43,468 bases of DNA from a virus (taxonomy: Duplodnaviria; Caudoviricetes): positions 1 to 43,468 of IMG/VR virus record IMGVR_UViG_3300032295_003051; one strand, given 5' to 3'. Positions within the stretch are counted from its first letter, which is position 1, and the number at the start of each line of letters is the position of its first letter. The translations under genes and the position numbers were made by a program. Of this stretch, positions 1-8,974 are shown piece after piece. A model generated the notes under the pieces. The model ran no database searches and was not told the origin of the DNA. It was given only the letters and a program-made list of their open reading frames with translations.

Positions 1-375
1 GCAAGGTCTGCTGATATGCTATTTCCTTTAGATCTCATCAAAGATAAGTCTCAGCTTATCTTGGTTGAAGGTTTATTTGACATGCTAAATATGTGGGATA
101 AAGGCTATGAAAACACTGTTTGTGTTTTTGGAGCTAACAATTTTAATAAACCTAAGTTAGATGTTCTGGATAAAATTGGTACTACTTATGTAGAAATACT
201 ATTTGACGGCGACGAAGCTGGTAAAAACGGAGCAAAAAGAATAGCAGAAATGTTAGATAAAAGGTTTATTCAATCAAAGATTATTAACCTACCTAAAGAT
301 ACAGATCCTGGAGATCTTTCTCAAGAACAACTAAATATGATTTTACCAAAGGATAGATATAATAATGGCAAATAA
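1..375 (+). CDS. DNA primase, C-terminal TOPRIM part (5'-truncated by window edge)
   Basis: TOPRIM motifs LVEGLFD and LFDGD, C-terminal DPGDL. Frame is open from base 1. Lies directly upstream of the DNA polymerase, as in T5. Confidence 0.9.
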   Translation, partial: ARSADMLFPLDLIKDKSQLILVEGLFDMLNMWDKGYENTVCVFGANNFNKPKLDVLDKIGTTYVEILFDGDEAGKNGAKRIAEMLDKRFIQSKIINLPKDTDPGDLSQEQLNMILPKDRYNNGK

Positions 376-2599
376 TGTAGCTTTCGTATTTGCATCAGCA
401 GCAGAAAAGAACCCTCAAATCATGAGTAAGTATTTTTCTGAAGAGTTTGATGTTCACTTTTTATGTTCAAAACCTAAAGACAAGATTTTGAAGAAAGATA
501 TTGACTTAGACATGTCAATTCTTGACTCGTACAAAGTTGTATGTCCTGTAGGAGCAGAACCACTAAAGTATGTAGCGGGGCTTACTGGTATTACTAAGTA
601 CAACGGCATGTTTATTGAAAAGAAGTACATTCCGTTTTTACACCCCAATATGACAGTCTTTAAGCCGCAGTATGAAGATGATATTGTCAAAGCTAGTAAT
701 ACATTGACTAAGGTTTTGTCAGGAGCTGTAGATTCAGAGATTAAGGATAAAGAGTACGCCTTTATTCAAACTAAGGAAGAATTTGAGAAACTAATAAAGA
801 AATTAAATAGCGCAAATCCTATAGTAGTAGACATTGAAACCTCTAGCTTGTCCCCTAGAACTGGTAATGTACTAGGCATTGCTTTATCAACTAGAGCGCA
901 CGAAGGCTACTATATTCACTCAGACGTAGTTGCTATATATAAAGACTACTTTCATAACCTATTTAAAACAAAAAAGTGTATTCTTCATAACGCAAAATTC
1001 GATATGAATTTTATGGTGTATGAATATGGTTTTGAATTTCCAGACTTTGAAGATACTATGTTGATGCATTACTGCTTAGAAGAAGCAGTAGGAACGCACG
1101 GACTAAAACCCTTAGCTTTAAGGTTCACCGATCTTGGAGATTATGAAAAAGAGCTAGACGAATATAAAAAAGCTTTTGCTCGTAAAAACAAGATTAAGCT
1201 AGAAGATTTTAATTATGGTATGTTACCTACTGAAATCTTAGCTCCTTATGCTTGTAAAGATGCTGATGCTACTTTTCAACTTTACCACAAGTTTTCAGAT
1301 AAAGTACTAGGCAATAAATACTTTTCAAAACTATATAATGAAATTCTCAAGCCAGCCACAACTGCTTTAATGAGGTTAGAGCAGAATGGTGGTCCTATTG
1401 ACTTCAAAAACTTAGCAAAGTTAGAAGAAGAATACACTATTGATATTGAAGAGTGCTTAGCAGAGATAGAAATGCACGAAGACGTAAAAACCTTCGAGCG
1501 TATTCATAATAAGACTTTTAATCCAAATAGCACTCAACAACTTCAAGAACTGTTTTTTAAGATAATTAAACTTAAGCCAACTAAGAAAACAGAAACAGGA
1601 GCATGGTCAGTAGATAAAGAAGTTCTTGGAGAATTAAATCATCCACTAGCTAAAGCTATCTTAGATCTTAGAGAAAAAACTAAGATGCTATCTACTTACA
1701 TCTCAAGTATTAGAGACGGTGTAGATTTTGATAATAGACTAAGAAGCGGTTTCAATATTCATGGAACTACGTCAGGTCGTTTATCTAGCTCTGGAGTACT
1801 TAATTATCAAAATATTCCAAGAGATAATAAAGATATTAAAAAGCTGTTCAAAGCTAGACCAGGCTATAAGATTGTACAAGGAGACTTAGGTACAGCAGAG
1901 GTTTATATCGCTGCAGCACTAAGTAACGATAAGTTTCTACAGAAAGCGTTTATTGAGAAACTAGATTTCCATTCTTATGTTGCAAAACAGATTTTTAATC
2001 TTCCTTGTGATGTAAACAGTGTAAAGAAAGAATTTCCTGATAAGCGTCAACATGCAAAGGCTATTACTTTCGGTATCATGTATCAAGCTGGGCCAGCAAA
2101 AATTGCAGAAACAGCTAGTGTTAGTACTAATGAGGCTAAACAATTTATTGCAAAATATTTTAGAGAAGCCTACGCGCTTAAAAGCTATATCGAAGATAGT
2201 AATAACCAGATTGAAAGTAACGCTTTCATCTATAGTTTCTTTGGTCGTAAACGCAGATTGCCTGAGTCAAGGTCTCCTAATCAGGGGGTAGCTAAACATG
2301 CTATTAGATCTGGAGTTAACTTTCTAGTTCAGAGCGTGGCCTCAGACATTAACGTTCTAGGATTAATTGATCTAGTTAAGTGGATAGACGAGGCCGGCTA
2401 TCAAAATGATATCTTGCCATTCACAGTGGTTCATGACTCAATTGTTGCAGAAGTTAGAGAAGATCTAGTTGACCTATATATTGAAATGACGAAAAAGTTT
2501 ATTCAAACAGATAGAGGCTGCTCCATTGATGGATGCCCTATTGGAATGGACTTTGAATTAGGTCCAAGCTGGGGTGAACTCGAAAATTATAAAAAATAG
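365..2599 (+). CDS. polA: Family A DNA polymerase with 3'-5' exonuclease, T5-like
   Basis: ExoI VDIETS, ExoII HNAKFD, ExoIII YACKDAD; TTSGRLSSS; motif A DLGTAEVY (T5-like variant), motif B RQHAKAITFGIMY, motif C VHDS. Confidence 0.97.
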   Translation: MANNVAFVFASAAEKNPQIMSKYFSEEFDVHFLCSKPKDKILKKDIDLDMSILDSYKVVCPVGAEPLKYVAGLTGITKYNGMFIEKKYIPFLHPNMTVFKPQYEDDIVKASNTLTKVLSGAVDSEIKDKEYAFIQTKEEFEKLIKKLNSANPIVVDIETSSLSPRTGNVLGIALSTRAHEGYYIHSDVVAIYKDYFHNLFKTKKCILHNAKFDMNFMVYEYGFEFPDFEDTMLMHYCLEEAVGTHGLKPLALRFTDLGDYEKELDEYKKAFARKNKIKLEDFNYGMLPTEILAPYACKDADATFQLYHKFSDKVLGNKYFSKLYNEILKPATTALMRLEQNGGPIDFKNLAKLEEEYTIDIEECLAEIEMHEDVKTFERIHNKTFNPNSTQQLQELFFKIIKLKPTKKTETGAWSVDKEVLGELNHPLAKAILDLREKTKMLSTYISSIRDGVDFDNRLRSGFNIHGTTSGRLSSSGVLNYQNIPRDNKDIKKLFKARPGYKIVQGDLGTAEVYIAAALSNDKFLQKAFIEKLDFHSYVAKQIFNLPCDVNSVKKEFPDKRQHAKAITFGIMYQAGPAKIAETASVSTNEAKQFIAKYFREAYALKSYIEDSNNQIESNAFIYSFFGRKRRLPESRSPNQGVAKHAIRSGVNFLVQSVASDINVLGLIDLVKWIDEAGYQNDILPFTVVHDSIVAEVREDLVDLYIEMTKKFIQTDRGCSIDGCPIGMDFELGPSWGELENYKK

Positions 2600-2686
2600 C
2601 ATCAGATACAGAAAAGAATGCAATGAGTTATAATGTGTATCACCTAATTGTCACTTATAGAATAAGCATTTATTCTCATTTAAGTG

Positions 2687-2715
2687 TTGACTAATAGACG
2701 ATAGTTTTATAAAAT
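2687..2715 (+). promoter_or_regulatory. Sigma70-type promoter
   Basis: TTGACT-N17-TAAAAT in the intergenic gap upstream of the 2805 gene. Confidence 0.7.
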
Positions 2716-2716
2716 T

Positions 2717-2748
2717 AAAATAGTACCTCTAAAAAAGGTACTATTTTT
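2717..2748. terminator. 12-bp inverted repeat (terminator or operator)
   Basis: AAAATAGTACCT-ctaaaaa-AGGTACTATTTT with A and T runs at the ends. Confidence 0.55.
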
Positions 2749-2804
2749 ATTGAGGAGGGAAAAGGTCTTGCCGACAAGCAAGGTTTTTTAAAAGGAGTAC
2801 GAGT

Positions 2805-3602
2805 ATGAAATCAACACTTATTAAGACAGTGTTATTAGCTATTATGATGTCTGGTTTTGTAATTACTAATCAAGCATTAGCAGTGCCAAGAAATAACTCT
2901 GATATAGGGGTGGGGATCCAAAATAATTCAACCACTGTAAAGAAACAAAAAAATAACAAGAAAAAAGTAACTACAAATAAAAAGAAAAAACCAGTAAAAG
3001 TACAACAAAATAATCCCCAAACTGTTCAACAAAACACACAAAACTTATACTTTTTTTCCGAGCAAGATGAGACTGCAGCTCAATATTGGGCTAGAGAACA
3101 AATGAGAGACAGACAGTTAGCAGTCTCTAGAGAAGGTTTACAGGCTAAACCAGTAGTACATAGAAATCCTACACCATCTGCAACAAAAAAACCAATAGCA
3201 AAGGCTAAAGACTGGGTAGGTTATCACGCAAAAAGAGATAGAAATGAGCTTAAAAGATTTTTAAGTGAGGGCAATCACATAAAAGTAGACCCAGTTTCTA
3301 TAGCGTGGTGCGCAGCTTTTATGAATGCAGTTCTTAAATCTTCTGGATACGAAGGAACTAATAGTTTACTAGCTAGAAGTTTTCTATCATATGGAACAGT
3401 AGTAAAAGAACCACAACAAGGTGACATAGTAGTATTTACAAGAGGAAGATCCTCTGGAACAGGTCACGTTGCATTCTTCGATGGTTATGAGTATATAAAT
3501 AACATTAGATATATTAGAGCCGTAGGCGGCAACCAAAACAAATCAGTAACAGTTGGGCTTTATCCAGCACATAGATTAATTGGGGTTAGAAGAATAGCAT
3601 GA
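2805..3602 (+). CDS. Signal-peptide-bearing TIGR02594-family (CHAP/NlpC-P60-like) putative peptidoglycan amidase
   Basis: N-terminal signal peptide ending ALA; AWCAAFMN (catalytic Cys), GDIVVF, GHVAFF (His), GGNQ; RBS AAGGAG. Confidence 0.85.
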   Translation: MKSTLIKTVLLAIMMSGFVITNQALAVPRNNSDIGVGIQNNSTTVKKQKNNKKKVTTNKKKKPVKVQQNNPQTVQQNTQNLYFFSEQDETAAQYWAREQMRDRQLAVSREGLQAKPVVHRNPTPSATKKPIAKAKDWVGYHAKRDRNELKRFLSEGNHIKVDPVSIAWCAAFMNAVLKSSGYEGTNSLLARSFLSYGTVVKEPQQGDIVVFTRGRSSGTGHVAFFDGYEYINNIRYIRAVGGNQNKSVTVGLYPAHRLIGVRRIA

Positions 3603-4045
3603 AACTTATAGATTCAACTGATGAGCGGTTATATAAATCAGCCGTTCGTGTTGATAACGCAAAGTCCCTAAGCATTAAATTGCTTAGGGATAAATTAATA
3701 AAAATTATGAAAAAATATAAGGGTATAGGGTTGGCTGCTAATCAAGTAGGCAAAGAAGAAGCAGTTTTTATAATGTACAAAGATGGTAAAATAATTACAT
3801 GTATAAACCCTAGTATTTCATGGCAATCTGATGACAAAGTAGAAATGGATGAATATTGTTTAAGTTTTCCTACCATTAAGATAAATCTTAAACGCTCTGC
3901 TAAAATAATAGCGGAATATACAGATATAAAAGGAAATAGAGTTATTCAAAAAATGTCTGGTATAGAAGCTAGATGTTTTCAACACGAGTTAGATCATTTA
4001 AGTGGTATAACTTTCATACACAGACAAAATGAGCAAATTCAGTAA
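3599..4045 (+). CDS. def: Peptide deformylase
   Basis: Motif I GIGLAANQ, motif II EYCLS (canonical EGCLS), motif III QHELDH. Confidence 0.93.
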   Translation: MKLIDSTDERLYKSAVRVDNAKSLSIKLLRDKLIKIMKKYKGIGLAANQVGKEEAVFIMYKDGKIITCINPSISWQSDDKVEMDEYCLSFPTIKINLKRSAKIIAEYTDIKGNRVIQKMSGIEARCFQHELDHLSGITFIHRQNEQIQ

Positions 4046-4538
4046 AATATCTTTTCCTATATTTGGAATAAAAAATGTAGTACAGTTTGAATTTACTATT
4101 GATAAAATTTTTACGACAATAAATAATCAAAAATATATAGTAGATGATAAAAACATAAAAAATCAAGAATATCTAAGTAGATTAATAGAATTAGACTCAA
4201 GAAAAGACTATCAAAGAATAAAATTCGACTATACCGTAAGAAATATAGAAGAATTGCTAAAATCAAACTGTAAACTAGGAATTGATAGCCTTGGAAATAT
4301 TCATAATTTTGAAATAAAAGAGCAATTTAAATATTCTGAGAGAGAAATAATAAAAACTAAACTTCCTTACTTCTGGTTTAAAAATATTAGCTACCCTTTT
4401 AAAATTAATGTAGAAAATATATCAGAGATAGAAGAAAATAAGTCTTTTTACTACGGAAAATTGACTTATATTAATAAAAATTGGTATTTTTTAGGTTTAA
4501 CAGACGAAAAAACTAATAAAAATACAATCTGGCTATAA
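4029..4538 (+). CDS. Hypothetical protein (position of the T5 pol-D10 intervening gene)
   Basis: 169-aa ORF coupled to its neighbours; synteny only. Confidence 0.7.
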   Translation: MSKFSKISFPIFGIKNVVQFEFTIDKIFTTINNQKYIVDDKNIKNQEYLSRLIELDSRKDYQRIKFDYTVRNIEELLKSNCKLGIDSLGNIHNFEIKEQFKYSEREIIKTKLPYFWFKNISYPFKINVENISEIEENKSFYYGKLTYINKNWYFLGLTDEKTNKNTIWL

Positions 4539-5834
4539 ATGATAAGTAAATTAAACATAAAATCTGCAACAATATCTGATAAAATATATATAAAAGAGGA
4601 GGATATTGAAGATATCTCATCTTTTGAAAACGCTTATACTTATCAAATAGTAGATGACTTTCACTATACTTATGAATATAACGATGTTAACGGTGTTTAT
4701 GCAGTTCCTAGTAATTCTTATCACAAATTAAAAATTGAAACTGTTGAAGATCTAAGAAATTTTGAAGATGCTACCCAAAAGTTTTCTTTTAATGGATCTC
4801 TGAGACCAGAACAACAGGTAATGGTTGATTCTTTTTTTCAAATAAATGACAGAATTAGAAGTGGGTTATTTCAAGCACCCTGTGGTTGGGGTAAAACTTA
4901 TGTAGGTTGTAATCTAATTGCTAGAGCTAATAAACCAACTCTTATTTTACTACATACTAAATTATTATTTAGACAATGGATTGAAGAATTAGAGAAACAA
5001 ATACCCGGAGTAAAGATTGGTAAGGTAGGAGACGGTCTTTTAGATATACAAGAAATTACCGTTGGTATTTATAAAAGTGTTTTAAATAATATAGATGATT
5101 TACATGATAGATTTGGGCTCTTGTTAGTAGACGAAGCTCATTTGTGTCCAGCAGATATGTTCTCTCAAGCAGTAAACTCTATTAATTGTAGAGCTAAAAT
5201 AGCTATCAGTGCCACTCCCAGAAGAAAAGATGGTAAGCATGTCGTATTAGACGACTATTTTACTACTTTTAAGTCTTATGCCGAAGACCCTCGTGTTTTA
5301 GCCATTCCTATGGTTGAGATTTATCAAACAGATATAAGATTTAATGTTTTAGATCCAAAAAGAGATTGGAGTAAGCAAACTAATAAACTTGCTTTGAATT
5401 CAGAGTTGCACCGGCTAATTGCTGAAAAAGCCATAGAAAAAGTAAGTCAAGATAGATGCATTCTCATTTTAGGAGAACGTCTAGATTGGTTGAGAGAATT
5501 AAATAAATTAATACCTAACTCAGTTCTTATGATTGGCGGCACACTAGAGGAACAAAGAAAAGAAGTCTTAGAGAACGTCGGTCCTAAGTATAAAGTAGTT
5601 CTAACAACTAAACTATTCGATGAGGGTATTTCCTGTCATAGACTAGATACTCTATTCTTAGTATTCCCCTCTAATAATCCTATTAAACTAGAACAAAGAA
5701 TAGGCAGAATAATTAGAGAACATCCAGACAAGCAAAGACCTTTAATATGCGACTTTTGGTTAGCAGGGGGAATAGTTCATAGACAACAAGTAAGTAGAAG
5801 AAATTGGTATATACAAAGAGGTTATACATTATAA
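4539..5834 (+). CDS. SF2 DEAH helicase, T5 D10-like
   Basis: APCGWGKT, VDEAH, SAT, QRIGRIIR motifs. Confidence 0.93.
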   Translation: MISKLNIKSATISDKIYIKEEDIEDISSFENAYTYQIVDDFHYTYEYNDVNGVYAVPSNSYHKLKIETVEDLRNFEDATQKFSFNGSLRPEQQVMVDSFFQINDRIRSGLFQAPCGWGKTYVGCNLIARANKPTLILLHTKLLFRQWIEELEKQIPGVKIGKVGDGLLDIQEITVGIYKSVLNNIDDLHDRFGLLLVDEAHLCPADMFSQAVNSINCRAKIAISATPRRKDGKHVVLDDYFTTFKSYAEDPRVLAIPMVEIYQTDIRFNVLDPKRDWSKQTNKLALNSELHRLIAEKAIEKVSQDRCILILGERLDWLRELNKLIPNSVLMIGGTLEEQRKEVLENVGPKYKVVLTTKLFDEGISCHRLDTLFLVFPSNNPIKLEQRIGRIIREHPDKQRPLICDFWLAGGIVHRQQVSRRNWYIQRGYTL

Positions 5835-6287
5835 ATGTATTACTTTAATTGGTATGAGTTGTTACATAAAGCCAAAAAAGATCAAGATTCAATAATTGTT
5901 TTGACTTATGCTTCAACTTTTAGCTATAATAAGAAAATAGCAAATAGTTCATTAGACTTAATAAAAAAATTAAATGTTTATAGAATACCAAACTGGCTAA
6001 ATAGTTATTTAGTAATTAATAAAAAGTTTGAGATATTTAATAACTATTTAATTGAAGAACCACAAAGTTATTTTAATAACCCATCATTTTTATTAGCTGT
6101 AACTCCTGTAGTATATAAGATTCAGTATCTATGGCTATTATCACACAGAAAAATTGAAGATAGAAATAACTACATAAATAAAGATTATTTTAAATTAAAA
6201 GAAATAGATGGCATTAAGAATAATCCATTTATTTGTATTGAAAAAGATAAAATTGTATTTATCTTAGAAAATACCTACACAAAATGA
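5835..6287 (+). CDS. Hypothetical protein
   Basis: 150-aa ORF abutting the helicase stop, between the D10- and D11-like genes. Confidence 0.7.
   Translation: MYYFNWYELLHKAKKDQDSIIVLTYASTFSYNKKIANSSLDLIKKLNVYRIPNWLNSYLVINKKFEIFNNYLIEEPQSYFNNPSFLLAVTPVVYKIQYLWLLSHRKIEDRNNYINKDYFKLKEIDGIKNNPFICIEKDKIVFILENTYTK
5901..5930 (+). promoter_or_regulatory. Intragenic sigma70-type promoter, probably driving the D11-like gene
   Basis: TTGACT-N18-TATAAT. Confidence 0.5.
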
Positions 6288-6318
6288 ACTTAGTTCAACA
6301 CGAAAGGAAACACTAAAT

Positions 6319-6975
6319 ATGGTATCTTGGGACAAAGCAAAAGGCAATACTGGATCTGGATCATCTAGTAGAAAAGAAATTGAAAGAATTAATATTGGTA
6401 TTGGAGACACTAAGCTAAGACTAATTGGGGAAGTGTTGCCTAGATATGTATATTGGGTTGTAACTACAGAAGGAAAGAAGATGCCTGTAGAGTGTCTTCG
6501 TTTTGATAGACAAAAAGAAACCTTTAATGATAGCATTAAAGACCCAATGAAAGAAATTGACGAAGAGATTTACGCAGAAAAGCCTCAGTTTGCTTATGTA
6601 TGTAACGTAATTGATAGAACTGATGGCAAGGTCAAGATTTTTGATCTAAGGTCTACTATTTATAAGCAGATTGTAGATTATGCTACAAATCCAGATTATG
6701 GCAATCCAGCTGATGATGGAGCAGGATATGACATTACAATTAAGAAAGAAAAGACAGGACCTCTTCCTCAGAACGTAAAGTATTCTGTAATCCCTGCCAG
6801 AAATAACTCAGCTCTTTCTGAAACTGAAAAGAAGCTAGAGCTATTCGAGCTTGATAAGATTTATAAGAGGCAGACTTATGAAGAGCAAAAAGAGTGGTTG
6901 CTAAAGAATACCGCTTACTTTACCGGAGACTCTTCTGACGAGTTTAGACCAGAAAAGCCAGAGGATCTTGATTAA
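6319..6975 (+). CDS. T5 D11-like putative ssDNA-binding protein
   Basis: LRLIGEVLPRYVYWV, GYDITIKKEKTGPLPQNVKY, acidic C-terminal tail; synteny; RBS AAGGA. Confidence 0.8.
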   Translation: MVSWDKAKGNTGSGSSSRKEIERINIGIGDTKLRLIGEVLPRYVYWVVTTEGKKMPVECLRFDRQKETFNDSIKDPMKEIDEEIYAEKPQFAYVCNVIDRTDGKVKIFDLRSTIYKQIVDYATNPDYGNPADDGAGYDITIKKEKTGPLPQNVKYSVIPARNNSALSETEKKLELFELDKIYKRQTYEEQKEWLLKNTAYFTGDSSDEFRPEKPEDLD

Positions 6976-7802
6976 TGGTAAAAAAGTCACTAGGAGATTT
7001 TGATACTTCTAAGGCACTATTAGATGAAAGTGCAGAAAAGAAAGCTCTAAGAATTGACGAACAAGGGCAGGCTCAAGTAGACCTAAATGTTCTTAGAGAA
7101 AAGTGTAGCGTATTTTTCGCTACTCCATGTTATGGTGGATTAGTTACTGATCAGTTCTTCTTAAGTATCTTTAAGGCTTCTCAAGAATTAGTAAGACATG
7201 GCATTACTTTTAGACTAACTACTCTAAGAAATGAGAGCTTAGTTACTAGAGCTAGAAATATTCTGTCTGCTATGTTCTTAGAATCTGGAGCTACCCATCT
7301 ATTCTTTATTGATGCAGATATTGAATTTGATCCTGATTCAGTAATTAGAATGCTTGCAATGGATAAAGATATTATTGCAGCGGCTTATCCTAAGAAAGCT
7401 CTACCAATTCAATATGCTATGAACTTTAAGTATATTGATCCTGTAAAAAAGCAGATCCGTGTAGAAAACGGAGCTGTTGAGGTTTGGGACGCTTCGACCG
7501 GGTTCTTCTGCATTAAGCGTGAAGTTTTTGAAAAGATGATGCTCGCTTATCCTGATCTACACTATAAGAATGATAGTAATATCGATCCTAAGTTACAAAA
7601 ATTCTGCTATGCGTTTTTTGATACAATGATTGATAAGGATGAGAATGGGGATAATAGATATCTATCAGAAGATTATACTTTCTGTAGACTGTGGCAGAGA
7701 TTAGGTGGTGAAATTTGGATGGATCCAAATACAAGACTAAACCATATAGGCTCTTACACATTCGAAGGCGATCTAAGTAAGATTATCGGTACAGGTAGAT
7801 AA
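6975..7802 (+). CDS. GT-A fold glycosyltransferase-like protein
   Basis: FATPCYGG, ESLVTRARN, DxD in FFIDADI, TGFFCIKR, LSEDYTFC, LNHIG. Confidence 0.82.
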   Translation: MVKKSLGDFDTSKALLDESAEKKALRIDEQGQAQVDLNVLREKCSVFFATPCYGGLVTDQFFLSIFKASQELVRHGITFRLTTLRNESLVTRARNILSAMFLESGATHLFFIDADIEFDPDSVIRMLAMDKDIIAAAYPKKALPIQYAMNFKYIDPVKKQIRVENGAVEVWDASTGFFCIKREVFEKMMLAYPDLHYKNDSNIDPKLQKFCYAFFDTMIDKDENGDNRYLSEDYTFCRLWQRLGGEIWMDPNTRLNHIGSYTFEGDLSKIIGTGR

Positions 7803-7805
7803 TTT

Positions 7806-7942
7806 TAGGCATAGCTCTGGCGACGCCACGCTTATGCACTCCGTGCAACGCAATATGTCTCTCCGAGACAACGTAATCGAACACCGTGGGGGGTCGCTCT
7901 TGAACAGCTGATCACCTGCGGTGTTTTCGTTATCACCTATAT
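7806..7942. ncRNA. Unidentified GC-rich structured non-coding element (ncRNA or ssDNA-structure element)
   Basis: 66 of 120 bases G+C (7811-7930) in an AT-rich genome; terminal stem, three short hairpins and one long stem; upstream promoter on the - strand. Confidence 0.6.
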
Positions 7943-7948
7943 GCAATA

Positions 7949-7977
7949 AGAATAGCATACTTTTTGATCTCCGTCAA
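7949..7977 (-). promoter_or_regulatory. Sigma70-type promoter, antisense to the operon
   Basis: On - strand: TTGACG-N17-TATTCT with extended -10 TGn; points into the structured element. Confidence 0.6.
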
Positions 7978-8005
7978 AATTAAAATTTTAAATTAGGATT
8001 ACTAC

Positions 8006-8974
8006 ATGAAAATTCTACATAGTGCTGATTGGCACATAAATTTACACAGAAAGAAAGTACCGTCAGACTGGAGTGCTAATCGTTTTAGACTCTTTTTTGA
8101 TGAGCTACACAAACTAGAAGATAACCATGATATTCATATTATCTCTGGTGATGTGTTTGATAGGAAACCAGAACCAGATGAAATCTGCTTATTTCTAAGA
8201 TATGCGAATGCAGTTCGCATACCAACATACATAATTCCAGGTAATCACGAAGCTACTAAAAAAGGGGAAAGCTTCCTTGAGCATTTTCACGAAGACTACG
8301 CAATTACAAATCCGAATTTGGTTCTTATTACTAAAAACAGACGTGAAGTTATTATGGATCAGAAGTTTTACTTTTTTCCGTATGGTGAACTTCAAAAGGA
8401 TAATTTATGGAGCGCTGAGGGAGATGAAGTTCTCATTGCTCATATTCGCGGAGAAGTTCCCCCGCATATTACGGAGGAATACAGTTTTGAGAAGCTTCGT
8501 GCCTGGAAACTCATACTTCTCGGTGACATACACTTTGCTCATAAGTACATGGATTATCCTGCTTGGTATAGTGGTTCTCCGATGAATACTAGCTTTGATC
8601 GTGATGATGGGAGAGACTATGGAGTTAATTCTATACAGTTTAATTCTAGCGACGATTATAGTGTTAATTTCTTACCACTAAAACTTCCAAAGCTTATTCG
8701 TAAAACACTAAAAGCTGGCGAGCAGATGAAGCAAGATAGCTTTAATCATACAATCTATGAAGTTACTGGTTCCGTAGATCAACTAGCTAGTATTAAAAAC
8801 TCTGAGCTACTTGATAAGAAGATTGCGATTAAGCCTACAGAAAACTCTAAGCTAGATCTTAAAAACCTAAGCCTTTCAGAGGAGTTAAAGGTTTATTTGA
8901 ACTATATAAAAGTATCTAACGTAGAAGAAATTGTAAAAGATTTTCAAGACTTAAATATCAATGCTAGAACTTAA
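8006..8974 (+). CDS. Mre11/SbcD-like metallophosphoesterase nuclease (T5 D12-like)
   Basis: HSADWH, SGDVFD, PGNHE, LGDIH, YSGSP. Confidence 0.93.
   Translation: MKILHSADWHINLHRKKVPSDWSANRFRLFFDELHKLEDNHDIHIISGDVFDRKPEPDEICLFLRYANAVRIPTYIIPGNHEATKKGESFLEHFHEDYAITNPNLVLITKNRREVIMDQKFYFFPYGELQKDNLWSAEGDEVLIAHIRGEVPPHITEEYSFEKLRAWKLILLGDIHFAHKYMDYPAWYSGSPMNTSFDRDDGRDYGVNSIQFNSSDDYSVNFLPLKLPKLIRKTLKAGEQMKQDSFNHTIYEVTGSVDQLASIKNSELLDKKIAIKPTENSKLDLKNLSLSEELKVYLNYIKVSNVEEIVKDFQDLNINART

Noticed and set aside
7860-7930. tRNA or Y-RNA-like reading (GTTCGATT and GTTCAAG on the - strand)
   Set aside because: No proper T-stem, acceptor stem or anticodon arm can be formed.
7773-7958. 61-aa minus-strand ORF over the structured element
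   Set aside because: Its ATG lies inside the predicted promoter (upstream of the start site), there is no RBS, and the composition is unlike other genes. The hairpins explain the sequence better.
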